A stretch of 48,589 nucleotides of DNA from a virus (Duplodnaviria > Heunggongvirae > Uroviricota > Caudoviricetes), in the IMG/VR virus record IMGVR_UViG_3300025012_000032. The stretch is one strand, 5' to 3'. A model generated the notes under the pieces. That model searched no databases. It was not told the origin of the DNA and was given only the letters and a program-made list of their open reading frames with translations. Position numbers and translations under genes: made by a program. Numbering within the stretch: position 1 is the stretch's first letter; each line of letters begins with the position of its first letter. Positions 9,831-19,264 of the stretch are shown piece after piece.

Positions 9831-9900
9831 AATGTATACATTTTAGGTAGTTATAATGGTACGTATACGCATGTATACGTGCTGACATAATGTATACATT
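9831..9900. repeat. Array of four GTATAC-centred palindromes (operator or centromere candidate)
   Basis: GTATAC at 9834, 9863, 9873 and 9892; the outer two are perfect AATGTATACATT 12-mers. Confidence 0.7.
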
Positions 9901-9980
9901 GATATTTGTGTTTATTATATCAGGAGGAATTGGATTAGGCAAGGGAGTATAATTTTATTGATATGTCACATAAAAATGTG

Positions 9981-10009
9981 TTGCAAAGTGTGATGTGAAT
10001 CTATATACT
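9981..10009 (+). promoter_or_regulatory. Sigma-A promoter of parMR
   Basis: TTGCAA-17 bp-TATACT. Confidence 0.6.
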
Positions 10010-10048
10010 AGATGTAACAGCATATTAAAATATTAAGGAGGAGTTTTT

Positions 10049-10903
10049 ATGGTTCAAGTAATACCTATTGATACAGGCCGAAGTTCTACTAAACTTTTAA
10101 ATGGAGTGTCTTTTAGATCAGTGGTTGGTGAATGGCATCATAGAGAAATTTCTGATAATGAGGAATATGAAGTTATTATTGATGGTGAAAAATATTTTGT
10201 TGGTCAACTCGCCATAGATGAATCAATTGCCCCAGTGGAGTTTAACACCTCTTCAAAGATTACCAATGAGAACAAAGTTCTTTTCCTGACTGGAGTTGCT
10301 TTGTCAACAGTTGAAAATGATGAAGATACTAGTCTTTTCATTGTAACTGGTGTACCAGTTGATATGTTTAACATTTCAACAAAGACAGCTTTAGAAAACT
10401 TATTACATGGAGAGTATAATATTAGAGTTAATGATAAACATATCAAGAAGTTATGTATTGATAGTGTTACGATTGTTCCTGAAGGGGTCGCTGCATATCA
10501 ATACCAACTATCAAAAGATGATAGTTTAAGGCTTGGTAAGAAGAGAATAATTGATATTGGTTCTCTCACAGTGAATTTTTCGACAATATCCGACACTAAA
10601 TTCATAAATCGTGATTCTGGAACTTTAGCGTTCGGCATGATCAAGATCAGAGGAAATCAGGTTAGTAATGAGCAATATGTGAAACGTATTATCGCAGAGT
10701 TATCCCAAAAGTTCAGCGATTACGATCCTACTGACCGTGTATTACTTACTGGAGGTGGAGCCTTACAATTCAGTGAATTATTTAGAAAACACTATAAAAA
10801 TTTAGAGATAATTGACAATCCTATATTTGCCAATACTCTTGGTTATTATAGAATGGGCGTGAGTAGATGCATCAAGGAAAACATGAAAGTAAAGACAGAG
10901 TAA
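10049..10903 (+). CDS. parM: Actin-like plasmid segregation ATPase (ParM/StbA family)
   Basis: IDTGRSSTK, IVTGVP, VPEGVAA, IIDIGSLTVN, LLTGGGA and ANTLGY actin-fold motifs. Confidence 0.9.
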   Translation: MVQVIPIDTGRSSTKLLNGVSFRSVVGEWHHREISDNEEYEVIIDGEKYFVGQLAIDESIAPVEFNTSSKITNENKVLFLTGVALSTVENDEDTSLFIVTGVPVDMFNISTKTALENLLHGEYNIRVNDKHIKKLCIDSVTIVPEGVAAYQYQLSKDDSLRLGKKRIIDIGSLTVNFSTISDTKFINRDSGTLAFGMIKIRGNQVSNEQYVKRIIAELSQKFSDYDPTDRVLLTGGGALQFSELFRKHYKNLEIIDNPIFANTLGYYRMGVSRCIKENMKVKTE

Positions 10904-11112
10904 GGAGAAAAGTTGTTTATTTTAATTTGGAAGATGAAGACGAATTATTACTTTTTGAAAAGGCAACTAAAATGAACAATTTTAGTAAATGGGTTAAAAA
11001 GTGCCTCATTAATAATGGGAAGAACGTAATAAAAGAACCAATTATTGAGCAACCTAAGATTGAAAGAAAGACGAGGATAGAGAAAGATGATTTTGAAGAT
11101 ATAATGATGTGA
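10867..11112 (+). CDS. ParR-like RHH adaptor
   Basis: Small ORF overlapping the parM end; VVYFNL...ELLLFEKA...NFSKWVKKCL with an acidic tail. Confidence 0.7.
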   Translation: MHQGKHESKDRVRRKVVYFNLEDEDELLLFEKATKMNNFSKWVKKCLINNGKNVIKEPIIEQPKIERKTRIEKDDFEDIMM

Positions 11113-11151
11113 GATGCAATTGTAATGATTGTGTCTTCTTTTTATTTTATT

Positions 11152-11187
11152 AAGTATGACTAAAAGTATGACTAAAAGTATGATAGA
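11152..11187 (+). repeat. 12-bp tandem repeat x3 (AAGTATGACTAA)
   Basis: Copies at 11152, 11164 and 11176 (last one degenerate), just downstream of parR. Confidence 0.75.
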
Positions 11188-11376
11188 TCGTGTGATTATA
11201 GGGGTTAGAGATAATGAAGTATGCTATAAAGTATTAAGTCTTGAAAAATCAGGGCTTTTTATTTTTGTTTAATATAAATTCCCATTTATTGCTATACATA
11301 ACGTACAAACAATGCTCAATAAGATTAATCATGAAACATTTTCAGACATTGAAAAAGATTGAGGGTGATTATCTAA

Positions 11377-11619
11377 ATGCTCAATAAAGTAGAAGTAGAA
11401 ATATTGCAACATATGTTGCAAAACAAATTAACCGATCAAATCAATAGTCGTACTATCCGTAATATCAGTAAGGGGATTGAGATTAATTATTTCAGAACTA
11501 GAAATTATGTAAATCACTTGAAACTTCTTGGGTTATTGGACTCTGGATTTAAGGAGTTGAACAGTGGAACTTTTTACATTACTAAAAAAGGGGTTGAAAT
11601 TATCAATGAAAAAACCTGA
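11377..11619 (+). CDS. Small winged-HTH protein
   Basis: TIRNISKGIEINYFRTRNYVNHLKLLGL...FYITKKG. Confidence 0.7.
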   Translation: MLNKVEVEILQHMLQNKLTDQINSRTIRNISKGIEINYFRTRNYVNHLKLLGLLDSGFKELNSGTFYITKKGVEIINEKT

Positions 11620-11848
11620 AATTAGATTAAAAACAAAACCAATATTAACCAGTAAACCAATTATTCCAACACAATGTCCCAATCCTAAATGTAGATCATC
11701 AAACATTATTGGCAAAGGAATGGTAATCGGTATGGCTTATATTAATCTTGAAACTATGAATGTCGATGAACTAGGTGATGATTTTGAAGTTTGTGATAAA
11801 GATAATTTAATGTATAGGTGTTTTGATTGTGGAAAAGAGTGGGAGTAA
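11606..11848 (+). CDS. Zn-ribbon hypothetical protein
   Basis: CPNPKC...CFDCG; ATG at 11606 overlaps the previous stop region. Confidence 0.65.
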   Translation: MKKPEIRLKTKPILTSKPIIPTQCPNPKCRSSNIIGKGMVIGMAYINLETMNVDELGDDFEVCDKDNLMYRCFDCGKEWE

Positions 11849-11868
11849 ATTTTAAGGAGGAATTATCA

Positions 11869-12138
11869 ATGCAAGCATATTTTACTAAATTTGATAATGA
11901 TTCTAATTGGGTCAAAGGTAAAGTTGGAAGATTTAGATTTGATGCTAAACTATTTAATGTTGGTTCAAGATTTGGAATTGAAGGTAGAAGAGTTAGTGCA
12001 TTAACGATATGCGACGAATATGAATATGTGGTTAATTATGATAGAGGATGGGATATTGAACCAAGTGAGGATATTGCGGATTATTTTAATGCTGTAATGG
12101 ATTTGTTGGAGAATAGTGATGAGAGGGATTTGGATTGA
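11869..12138 (+). CDS. Conserved MGE hypothetical protein (DUF7678-like by recall)
   Basis: AGGAGG RBS; WVKGKVGRFRFDAK.F..GS.FGI...VS.L...NYDRGWDIEP. Confidence 0.6.
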   Translation: MQAYFTKFDNDSNWVKGKVGRFRFDAKLFNVGSRFGIEGRRVSALTICDEYEYVVNYDRGWDIEPSEDIADYFNAVMDLLENSDERDLD

Positions 12139-12162
12139 TTAATGTTGAGGAGGGATTATTAA

Positions 12163-12375
12163 ATGAGAATTAAATTATCAATAATGATTAACCAAGGTCG
12201 TAGAATCCATGACATTATTAATCATTTGGAATTTGATAGTGTTGAACATTTTGCTGATTATAAGAGGGAATTTTATGAGGATTTAATGGTTAGAGGTTGG
12301 AGAAAGGTTTATATGAGTGCAAATCAATGTTATAAAGGCAATTTGGTTTTGACTCCTTATTTTATAAGGGAGTGA
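12163..12375 (+). CDS. Hypothetical protein
   Basis: 70 aa ORF with GAGGAGG RBS. Confidence 0.65.
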   Translation: MRIKLSIMINQGRRIHDIINHLEFDSVEHFADYKREFYEDLMVRGWRKVYMSANQCYKGNLVLTPYFIRE

Positions 12376-12378
12376 ACT

Positions 12379-12936
12379 ATGAAAAAACCAAGCAAAAAAT
12401 TATTATTCTCTCTTGTATTGTTAACATTATTATCAATACCTCATCCTGTATCTGCCAAAGGAGAATTAACAACTGAACAAGCTAAAAGTATTTTAAATAT
12501 CATCATTGATAAAACTTATACACTTCTCACTTATTACTCTTCTCCTTGGATTTATCCTGTAGATGGAATTATCACAAGTCCTTATGGGCCAAGAGGATCT
12601 TCAATAGATGGATTTCATCATGGTTTAGACATCTCAGCAGTAGAAAATAGTCCAGTTCATGCTTCTAAATTAGGTGTTGTAGTTAAAGCGGAATTTAACG
12701 AAATGGTTGGAAATGTTGTGTGTATCAATCATTCAGATGGATTTCAAACTATGTATGCACACAACAATAAACTACTAGTCAAAGTTGGAGATAATGTAGA
12801 GCAAAATGGTGTTATTGCTTTATCTGGTAATACAGGATTATTGTCAAGAGGGCCACATGTACATTTTGAGATTCGAACCAACAATGGGACAAATTCATTA
12901 AATCCGATGAATTATTTACCTGCTAAACAAAAATAA
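12379..12936 (+). CDS. Secreted M23 family peptidase (cell-wall hydrolase)
   Basis: Signal peptide; ITSPYG, HHGLD, YAH and GPHVHFEI motifs. Confidence 0.92.
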   Translation: MKKPSKKLLFSLVLLTLLSIPHPVSAKGELTTEQAKSILNIIIDKTYTLLTYYSSPWIYPVDGIITSPYGPRGSSIDGFHHGLDISAVENSPVHASKLGVVVKAEFNEMVGNVVCINHSDGFQTMYAHNNKLLVKVGDNVEQNGVIALSGNTGLLSRGPHVHFEIRTNNGTNSLNPMNYLPAKQK

Positions 12937-12977
12937 ACCCCTCAAATGAGGGGATGATATGGGTCATATGATATTCA

Positions 12978-13079
12978 TTATTGAATTAATCTTCCTAATT
13001 GTTGTGCGATATCTACCAATTGATATGATCCATACCCAATTAATCCTACTCCAATTGCTGTTCCGAATATTAAAAACAT
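12978..13079 (-). CDS. 33-aa single-TM peptide (MFLIFGTAIGVGLIGYGSYQLVDIAQQLGRLIQ)
   Basis: AAGGAGTG RBS, ATG at 13079, TAA at 12978; below the ORF-track cutoff. Confidence 0.6.
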   Translation of the reverse strand: MFLIFGTAIGVGLIGYGSYQLVDIAQQLGRLIQ

Positions 13080-13115
13080 GAATTTCACTCCTTTAAATAA
13101 TATTTCAATAATTGT

Positions 13116-13140
13116 AGTATTACCAAACTATATGTCGAAT
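13116..13140 (+). promoter_or_regulatory. Sigma-H-like promoter upstream of the transfer operon
   Basis: AGTA-17 bp-GAAT (gtcGAATat), same -10 context as the 8803 site. Confidence 0.4.
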
Positions 13141-13313
13141 ATACATGAATTGATGTAAATTTTAAGACAAGAACCCTATATTAACCACCTATACCAAAGA
13201 TAATACACCCTAAATCCTACAACCCTTTAATATCAATGATCTTAGACTTGAAAATGTGTGGTCTTCTTATATAGAGAGGCAGATTTGCCGACTGTTTTAA
13301 TTTTCAAAGGAGG

Positions 13314-13574
13314 TTGTTTACATTGAATGAATTTTTGAGTTGGTCAACAAAGATTTGTTTAGCTATGACTGCTCTTGGTGGAGGATTGGCTATGCTTATG
13401 ATAGTCTGGTCTGGGATTATGGACATCATCGGAAATGGGCAATGGAAAGCTCAAGCAAAAGAACTAAAGGAGAGTGTAATTAGAGGGTGTATTACTATTA
13501 TCTTTGGGCCTTGGGTTATTAAAATTCTTTGGACTATACTTAAAGGAATCTTCCCAACACTTCCTACATTTTAA
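13314..13574 (+). CDS. TrbC/VirB2-like pilin
   Basis: 86 aa with two hydrophobic helices; GGAGG RBS and TTG start; first gene of the T4SS-like operon. Confidence 0.65.
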   Translation: MFTLNEFLSWSTKICLAMTALGGGLAMLMIVWSGIMDIIGNGQWKAQAKELKESVIRGCITIIFGPWVIKILWTILKGIFPTLPTF

Positions 13575-13605
13575 TTATTGCAATTCTAAAGGGGGATGAT
13601 TATAA

Positions 13606-14640
13606 ATGCTTACAGTTGGAGAAGTTGGAGATGCAATTATTGATTTTTTTATTAAACCACCATCTCCTGAAACTGTTGATAAAGTAAATGGGGCATTATT
13701 TGATGTCCCTTCTCCAGAAACCGTAGAGAGTGTTAATAATGCTTTATTTAATGCACCTACACCACATGATATTTCTACGGTTAATGGGACATTAGAACAT
13801 TTTATTACTGATTCATTAGTACAAAACTTTGCACAATTATTTCTTCATACACCAAATGTATTGGCAGAAAATCCAACAATTTTATCTTTATATTCTTTCT
13901 TTTTAAAAATAATTATTTCATTTTCATTTGCAGGAATAGTATATTTTGGAATTACGCAAATCATGAATAAAGGTAGTAAACACAAAACATCAGAATATAT
14001 TGTGAAGATAGCTCAATCAATGGTGATTATAAATATAGCAATTATAGCTTTGCCATTATTAATTGAAGCAACAAACAAATTTACTATAGCAATTCTTTCC
14101 CTTGGTGGATCTGAAGCACAAATGGTAAAAGCATTAAGTCCTCAGTATGGATTAGGATTAATAATATTCACTATAATATTCGCATTAATATTAGTTAATC
14201 TAATATGGTTCTATTTTATGAGAATGATTTCTATTATGTTTCTTATTGCAACTGCTCCTATATTCTTCTTTTTATGGTTATTTCCTAAATACCAAAACAT
14301 GAGGCAAGTTTGGATTGATGAATTATTAGACAATTTAATTGCACCAATTATCCATGCAATAATTATGGTTATCTGGTTAGGATTTGAATCATCAGTCTCA
14401 AAATCATCTCATGGAGCACTTTATCATGTAATGCTTTCTATAGCTGCTGGTTCATTTATGCTTAAAGCACCTAGTTATGTACAGCAATGGATTAGTTATG
14501 GTCATCAAAGTCCAAATCCAGTTGCCATGTTTAAAGAGATCAAGTATGGATTAAGTCCTAGAAAACTTATAGGTATTGGTGGATTTGGAAGAATGGGAGG
14601 AAGTATGCTCAGAGGAAGAGGAACTACAAGAAGGAGGTAA
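13606..14640 (+). CDS. VirB6/TrbL-like polytopic membrane protein
   Basis: Multiple TM segments; YFMRMISIMFLIATAPIFFFLWLFP...W motif. Confidence 0.75.
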   Translation: MLTVGEVGDAIIDFFIKPPSPETVDKVNGALFDVPSPETVESVNNALFNAPTPHDISTVNGTLEHFITDSLVQNFAQLFLHTPNVLAENPTILSLYSFFLKIIISFSFAGIVYFGITQIMNKGSKHKTSEYIVKIAQSMVIINIAIIALPLLIEATNKFTIAILSLGGSEAQMVKALSPQYGLGLIIFTIIFALILVNLIWFYFMRMISIMFLIATAPIFFFLWLFPKYQNMRQVWIDELLDNLIAPIIHAIIMVIWLGFESSVSKSSHGALYHVMLSIAAGSFMLKAPSYVQQWISYGHQSPNPVAMFKEIKYGLSPRKLIGIGGFGRMGGSMLRGRGTTRRR

Positions 14641-14644
14641 ATTA

Positions 14645-14992
14645 ATGTTTAATAATGAGATGTTTGAAACTAATCAAATCATTGAAATGAAAGATGAAAT
14701 ATTTTATGGACTTACAGGGAAGCAAACTATTTATTTATTAGGTGGAATAGTGATTGGTTTATCTGTATTTAATACTGCATTACCTATTATTGCAAAACTA
14801 TTCATTCTACCAAATATAGGTATTCCTACTGCAATTTTAACTAAAACTGATGTGGATCAAGGGATAGTTTCTTTCTTTAAATTTAAGTGGAGAGGAATGA
14901 CAAAACAAAATGTTACAATACAACCTTTACCCAAAAGCAAATTATCTTTTAGCAACAAAAGAAGAGCAGACACTACTTCGATCCAAGTTTAA
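14645..14992 (+). CDS. PrgI/VirB3-like membrane protein
   Basis: AGGAGG RBS before ATG 14645; IEMKDEIFYGLTGKQ followed by two TM segments. Confidence 0.75.
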   Translation: MFNNEMFETNQIIEMKDEIFYGLTGKQTIYLLGGIVIGLSVFNTALPIIAKLFILPNIGIPTAILTKTDVDQGIVSFFKFKWRGMTKQNVTIQPLPKSKLSFSNKRRADTTSIQV

Positions 14993-16418
14993 GTATTTAT
15001 TAAATTCTCTAAATGAACCATTTAAGATTATTTGTAAAACTAATTTAAATCAATTAAATAAAGACACACAAATCAATGAATCAAACTACTCTCTTATTAC
15101 TAATGCTAATATTTACGAAAATTTGCGCAATTCAGGAATAGATTATAATCAAAGCGAATTATTAATTGCAAGTAATATTCAAGTGAAAGAACATCGAAAA
15201 TATATTACTGTCACTGAAAACAATGTAAAATATTTTGCTAAATCAATTAAGATTGTTCAGTTCCCTCAGATGCTTTCTATTGGATTCATAAACAACATCA
15301 TGATTCCAGATACCGAAATAACTCTTACAATCTTTCCATTGCCACAAGAAGAGGCTGTGAAGGTAGTAAAGAAGAGAATTGATACTACTGAAGCGAATGT
15401 AAATTGGAAGGCCGTAAAGAACCCTAATCAAGAGTATTATGTAGAAGATGAAATAGTATCTAAACTTCAAAAAACTATGGTTGATTTAATGGGTAATGAA
15501 GAAAAACTTTGTATGGTTGGATTATATATCTTAATTAAAGGACAAACACTTGAACAATTGGAAACAAAAGCAAAACAAATATCAATGCTTTTAGATGGAA
15601 TGCAAATTAGATTTAAATTCGCCAATTGTGAACATTTTAATTGTTTTAAGAATTTTAGGTCATATAAAGAAATTGATTATGTAAATGAGTTAAAAGTATT
15701 TTTGACAAGTGTAATTAGTAATTTCTATCCATTTGTTAGATATGTGTCAGGGGATGGAATTATTATCGGATTTGATTATCAAAACCATCAATTAATAAAG
15801 ATTAATTTTGCAGAGCAATTCAATCTTTCATGGTTTATTTTTGGAATTTCGGGAAGTGGCAAATCATTTGCTGTGAAAAGCATTGTCAAGAAAATATCAA
15901 TTCATAAGAAGATTTATATTCTTGATATTACTGGTGAATATGCAAAATTAAAATCAAAGAATATCATTGTTATTTCTAAAGATTTTGAGAAATTCCTATT
16001 ATACACTGATTTTAAAGATTGTATGATTGTAATTGATGAAGCGTGGGATATTTTAAAAACTGATGCAGTGATTAAAAGAGTAGTATCAATTGCAAAAGGA
16101 TATAGAAAGAGAGGAGTAGGTGTATTGGTCTGCACTCAAAACATTGCTGATACAAGTAAAGATGATATTGAATTGATTATTAAAAATTGTGCTAATACTT
16201 TAATTCTTCATTTGACTTCACTAGAACTTCAACATATTAGTGAATACATGAATATACCACATCACATTGTTAATTATCTTTCTAGGATTGAAAAAGGACA
16301 AGGATGGATGGTCATAGGAACAAAGCAATATGCTTTTAGACCAATTTTTAGTGATGAAGATTATTTATTACTTAATACTAATTATGAGGAAATGAAAGGA
16401 GTTGGTTATAATGGGTGA
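14910..16418 (+). CDS. VirB4-like conjugation ATPase
   Basis: Walker A GISGSGKS, Walker B IVIDEAW and RKRG...TQN. Confidence 0.85.
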   Translation: MLQYNLYPKANYLLATKEEQTLLRSKFKYLLNSLNEPFKIICKTNLNQLNKDTQINESNYSLITNANIYENLRNSGIDYNQSELLIASNIQVKEHRKYITVTENNVKYFAKSIKIVQFPQMLSIGFINNIMIPDTEITLTIFPLPQEEAVKVVKKRIDTTEANVNWKAVKNPNQEYYVEDEIVSKLQKTMVDLMGNEEKLCMVGLYILIKGQTLEQLETKAKQISMLLDGMQIRFKFANCEHFNCFKNFRSYKEIDYVNELKVFLTSVISNFYPFVRYVSGDGIIIGFDYQNHQLIKINFAEQFNLSWFIFGISGSGKSFAVKSIVKKISIHKKIYILDITGEYAKLKSKNIIVISKDFEKFLLYTDFKDCMIVIDEAWDILKTDAVIKRVVSIAKGYRKRGVGVLVCTQNIADTSKDDIELIIKNCANTLILHLTSLELQHISEYMNIPHHIVNYLSRIEKGQGWMVIGTKQYAFRPIFSDEDYLLLNTNYEEMKGVGYNG

Positions 16419-18105
16419 GAAACTTAGCAAGATTAAAGAATTAGCTATTAAGTCAGGTAAATATTCTGCTTTATATAGTGGTAAATTTATTCTAGGTGGT
16501 CTTGGTTATGCTGTTCAAATTGCTTCAAATGGGATATTAGGGATGGGCATTCCAGATTATAAACTGCCTAATTTAAAGTTTAATTCAACTAAAAGTGATA
16601 TTGAGGACAGGGTAATTCTTTCTCCTGAAAAATTTCTGCTTAAAAAAGATGGATTGAATCTTGGTAATGATTATTATAAAGATGGCAATATCATTAGATA
16701 TCCAATAAATTGTTTTGATGATCTTTGCAAAACATGGATATATATAGGAGACCCAGGCTGTGGCAAAACAACTCTAGCTGAAAATCAAGGAATTCAAATT
16801 GCTGAAATTAATAATCTAAAGAATTTTAAAACATGTGGATTCTGTGCTATTGATGTTGCAGATGGAATGTTAATAGATAATATTATGAATGCTTTACCTG
16901 AAAGCAGATTAGAAGATGTTATATTGTTAGACTTCTCAAACAAAAAGTTTCTTCCAGGAATTAATTTATTAGAATTTGGCGAAGAAGTAGAAAAACAATT
17001 TCCTCACTTTATTCATGCTGAAATAATCTCATTTTTTAAAGGAAGATTTGGAGAACAGATAGGATTTGCAAGTGAAGATTTATTAAGTAATTCTTTAAAT
17101 GCAATTTTAAAACAAACTGATCACTCCAAAACACTTATTAGTATTATGAAAATGTTGACTGAACCTGAGTATCGAGAACAAATACTAACCTCTTTGAGAA
17201 AAAATAAGAGGAATGCTTCAACAATTAGATATTGGGAAAGATTTGAAGCACAATCTCCTTCTGTAAAAAGAGACATAATTAAACCTATGATGAACAAGGT
17301 TGGAAATTTAACTAATAATGATTATCTAAAATCTATCATATGTCAAAATCATTCCACTATTGATTTCAGAAAAATTATGGATGAAGGAAAAATACTATTA
17401 ATTAAAGCACCTAAAATTGCTGTTGGAAAACCAAATATTGAAATTCTAATTCCTTTAATATTATCTAAGTTTTGGATTTCAGCATTATCTAGATTTGATA
17501 CTAATGACAAGGATCTGAGGAGGCCATATTTTTTACTCTGTGACGAACCTCAATTCTACCTTAATTCGGCAGGTATTGAAGAAATGTTAACAGAAATGAG
17601 AAAATATAGGCTAGGACTTCACTTTTTCTTTCAGTCCCCAGAACAAACTCAGATTCAATCAGTTATTAAGATGATGTTAGAAGTTAGACCACAAATATTA
17701 TCATTTTCAATAGGTCGTGGTGGAGCACAAACATTATTCAGAGAATTTGAAACAGGTGATGATGATATTGATAGACAAAATAGATATACAATTCTTAATC
17801 TGCCAAAATATCATGCTTTATGTAGATTCTTATACAAAAGTGAAAAGAGTGTAATGTTACTTCATACCAATAATACTGCTAAACATTTACGTAAAAAAGT
17901 ACCGGATATTGTTGTTGAAAATAGTCAAAAGTATTTACGTCCAGTTGAAGAAATTCTAGATGAAATTGCAGAATATGATTATATCCCAGAACCAGACTTT
18001 ACAATTGAGGTGAACAATAATGAACAGCAAAGATTTAATGTTGAAGAAGTTGACTTTAGGAACAAAGTTTCAAGATTTAACAAACCGAGATTTAGAGATA
18101 ATTAG
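16411..18105 (+). CDS. VirD4/TraD-like coupling ATPase
   Basis: GDPGCGKT, LLCDEPQ, EMRKYRLG..FFFQ; GGAG RBS before ATG 16411. Confidence 0.85.
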   Translation: MGEKLSKIKELAIKSGKYSALYSGKFILGGLGYAVQIASNGILGMGIPDYKLPNLKFNSTKSDIEDRVILSPEKFLLKKDGLNLGNDYYKDGNIIRYPINCFDDLCKTWIYIGDPGCGKTTLAENQGIQIAEINNLKNFKTCGFCAIDVADGMLIDNIMNALPESRLEDVILLDFSNKKFLPGINLLEFGEEVEKQFPHFIHAEIISFFKGRFGEQIGFASEDLLSNSLNAILKQTDHSKTLISIMKMLTEPEYREQILTSLRKNKRNASTIRYWERFEAQSPSVKRDIIKPMMNKVGNLTNNDYLKSIICQNHSTIDFRKIMDEGKILLIKAPKIAVGKPNIEILIPLILSKFWISALSRFDTNDKDLRRPYFLLCDEPQFYLNSAGIEEMLTEMRKYRLGLHFFFQSPEQTQIQSVIKMMLEVRPQILSFSIGRGGAQTLFREFETGDDDIDRQNRYTILNLPKYHALCRFLYKSEKSVMLLHTNNTAKHLRKKVPDIVVENSQKYLRPVEEILDEIAEYDYIPEPDFTIEVNNNEQQRFNVEEVDFRNKVSRFNKPRFRDN

Positions 18106-18784
18106 AGTTGTTAGAGATTTACAAATTGTTTCAAGAAGTCAACTTCAAATTATGTTCTTTCCTACAAAGCAAAGTTTAACTATTTGTAATAGAAGATTAG
18201 CAAAAATTGAGAAATTAGGATTTATTAATAGAACCCCTATTACTTTGAATGGTGAATCTTTAATTACTGCTGGAAAATTACTTTGCCTAGCAGGAGGAAC
18301 TTATATGTCTAAATTACCATCTGATTACACTCATCAATTATTAATGAATGAAATTTATGCTTTGTTGTTCAGAGAGCAGAATTTGAATAGGATTATCATT
18401 AAGCAATACAAACCTGAATTTGTTTATAAATTTAGGGACAAGGATGAAGGAAAGCAATATATTCTAAGGTCTGATATTTTAACTGTATTAGAGAAAAATG
18501 GGATGGATACAACTCTATTATTTGAGATAGATGCAGGGACAGAAACAAAGAAACAATTAAGAGAGAAGATTAATATTTATGAAAAAGTGTCTATGAAAGT
18601 AAAGGGATTTCCTCAATTGTTTTGGTTAGCAAATGACAAGGGATTCAGAAAATTAATTAGTTTGGACAAGGTTATTAATATTGCAAAAGTAGAAGAATTG
18701 AGAGAAAACTTTTATTTATGGACAAGATATCCTGATATGAAAAGGACAAGATTAATTCCTGATATTGTTGTTTGGAAAATATAA
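18020..18784 (+). CDS. Replication-relaxation family relaxase
   Basis: LTNRDLEII...VSRSQL...RRLAKI...H.LL.NE...RSD...LFEID.GTE pattern, directly after the coupling protein. Confidence 0.8.
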   Translation: MNSKDLMLKKLTLGTKFQDLTNRDLEIIRVVRDLQIVSRSQLQIMFFPTKQSLTICNRRLAKIEKLGFINRTPITLNGESLITAGKLLCLAGGTYMSKLPSDYTHQLLMNEIYALLFREQNLNRIIIKQYKPEFVYKFRDKDEGKQYILRSDILTVLEKNGMDTTLLFEIDAGTETKKQLREKINIYEKVSMKVKGFPQLFWLANDKGFRKLISLDKVINIAKVEELRENFYLWTRYPDMKRTRLIPDIVVWKI

Positions 18785-18809
18785 GAGAATGAAATGGAGG
18801 TATGATTAT

Positions 18810-18977
18810 ATGGGATTTTTAGGTAATTTAATTAGTAGTTTTAGCAAACCAGAAATTGATGTTGATGAGTTAGTAGATTTTATTGTTGAGGAGACACATA
18901 TTGATAGAAATACCATTGAAATTATCTTAGATATGGAAGAGATTTTTCTAAGAGAAAAGGGAATTATCATTGATTAA
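18810..18977 (+). CDS. Small acidic hypothetical protein
   Basis: GGAGG RBS before ATG 18810. Confidence 0.6.
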   Translation: MGFLGNLISSFSKPEIDVDELVDFIVEETHIDRNTIEIILDMEEIFLREKGIIID

Positions 18978-18999
18978 TAAATAAAAGGAGTGGATATTA

Positions 19000-19149
19000 A
19001 TGGATGAAACTTCTAGAACGTTTATTGAACAAGCAATTAATTTTCTTCAATTGGCTATAGATAAACATGGTAAAGTATCGCGTAATAAGGTGGAGACTAT
19101 AAAGAATATAATTGAGGAATTAGAAGATATTTTATATGGTAAGGAGTGA
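19000..19149 (+). CDS. 49-aa hypothetical protein
   Basis: AAGGAG RBS, ATG 19000, TGA 19147; followed by a GAGTGA/TCACTC hairpin and T run. Confidence 0.55.
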   Translation: MDETSRTFIEQAINFLQLAIDKHGKVSRNKVETIKNIIEELEDILYGKE

Positions 19150-19264
19150 TAAGTGTCACTCTTTTCTTTTTATGATTATTTTTAATAAATTTTAATAAAA
19201 TAGTGCTAAAATATTTGCAAAATCATAAATTATCTATATAATGATGAAAGAAGGTTGATTTGAG

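Larger units (their letters stand above)
7590..19149. mobile_element. Plasmid-like conjugative/replicative module embedded in phage-type DNA
   Basis: Contiguous Rep, DnaA boxes, ParM/ParR, M23 peptidase, pilin, VirB6-, PrgI-, VirB4-, VirD4-like genes and relaxase. Boundaries are approximate; no integrase or att repeats were seen. Confidence 0.7.

Noticed and set aside
7560-19260. att-like direct repeats or an integrase bounding the conjugative block
   Set aside because: None were found by eye, so the block is not called an ICE.
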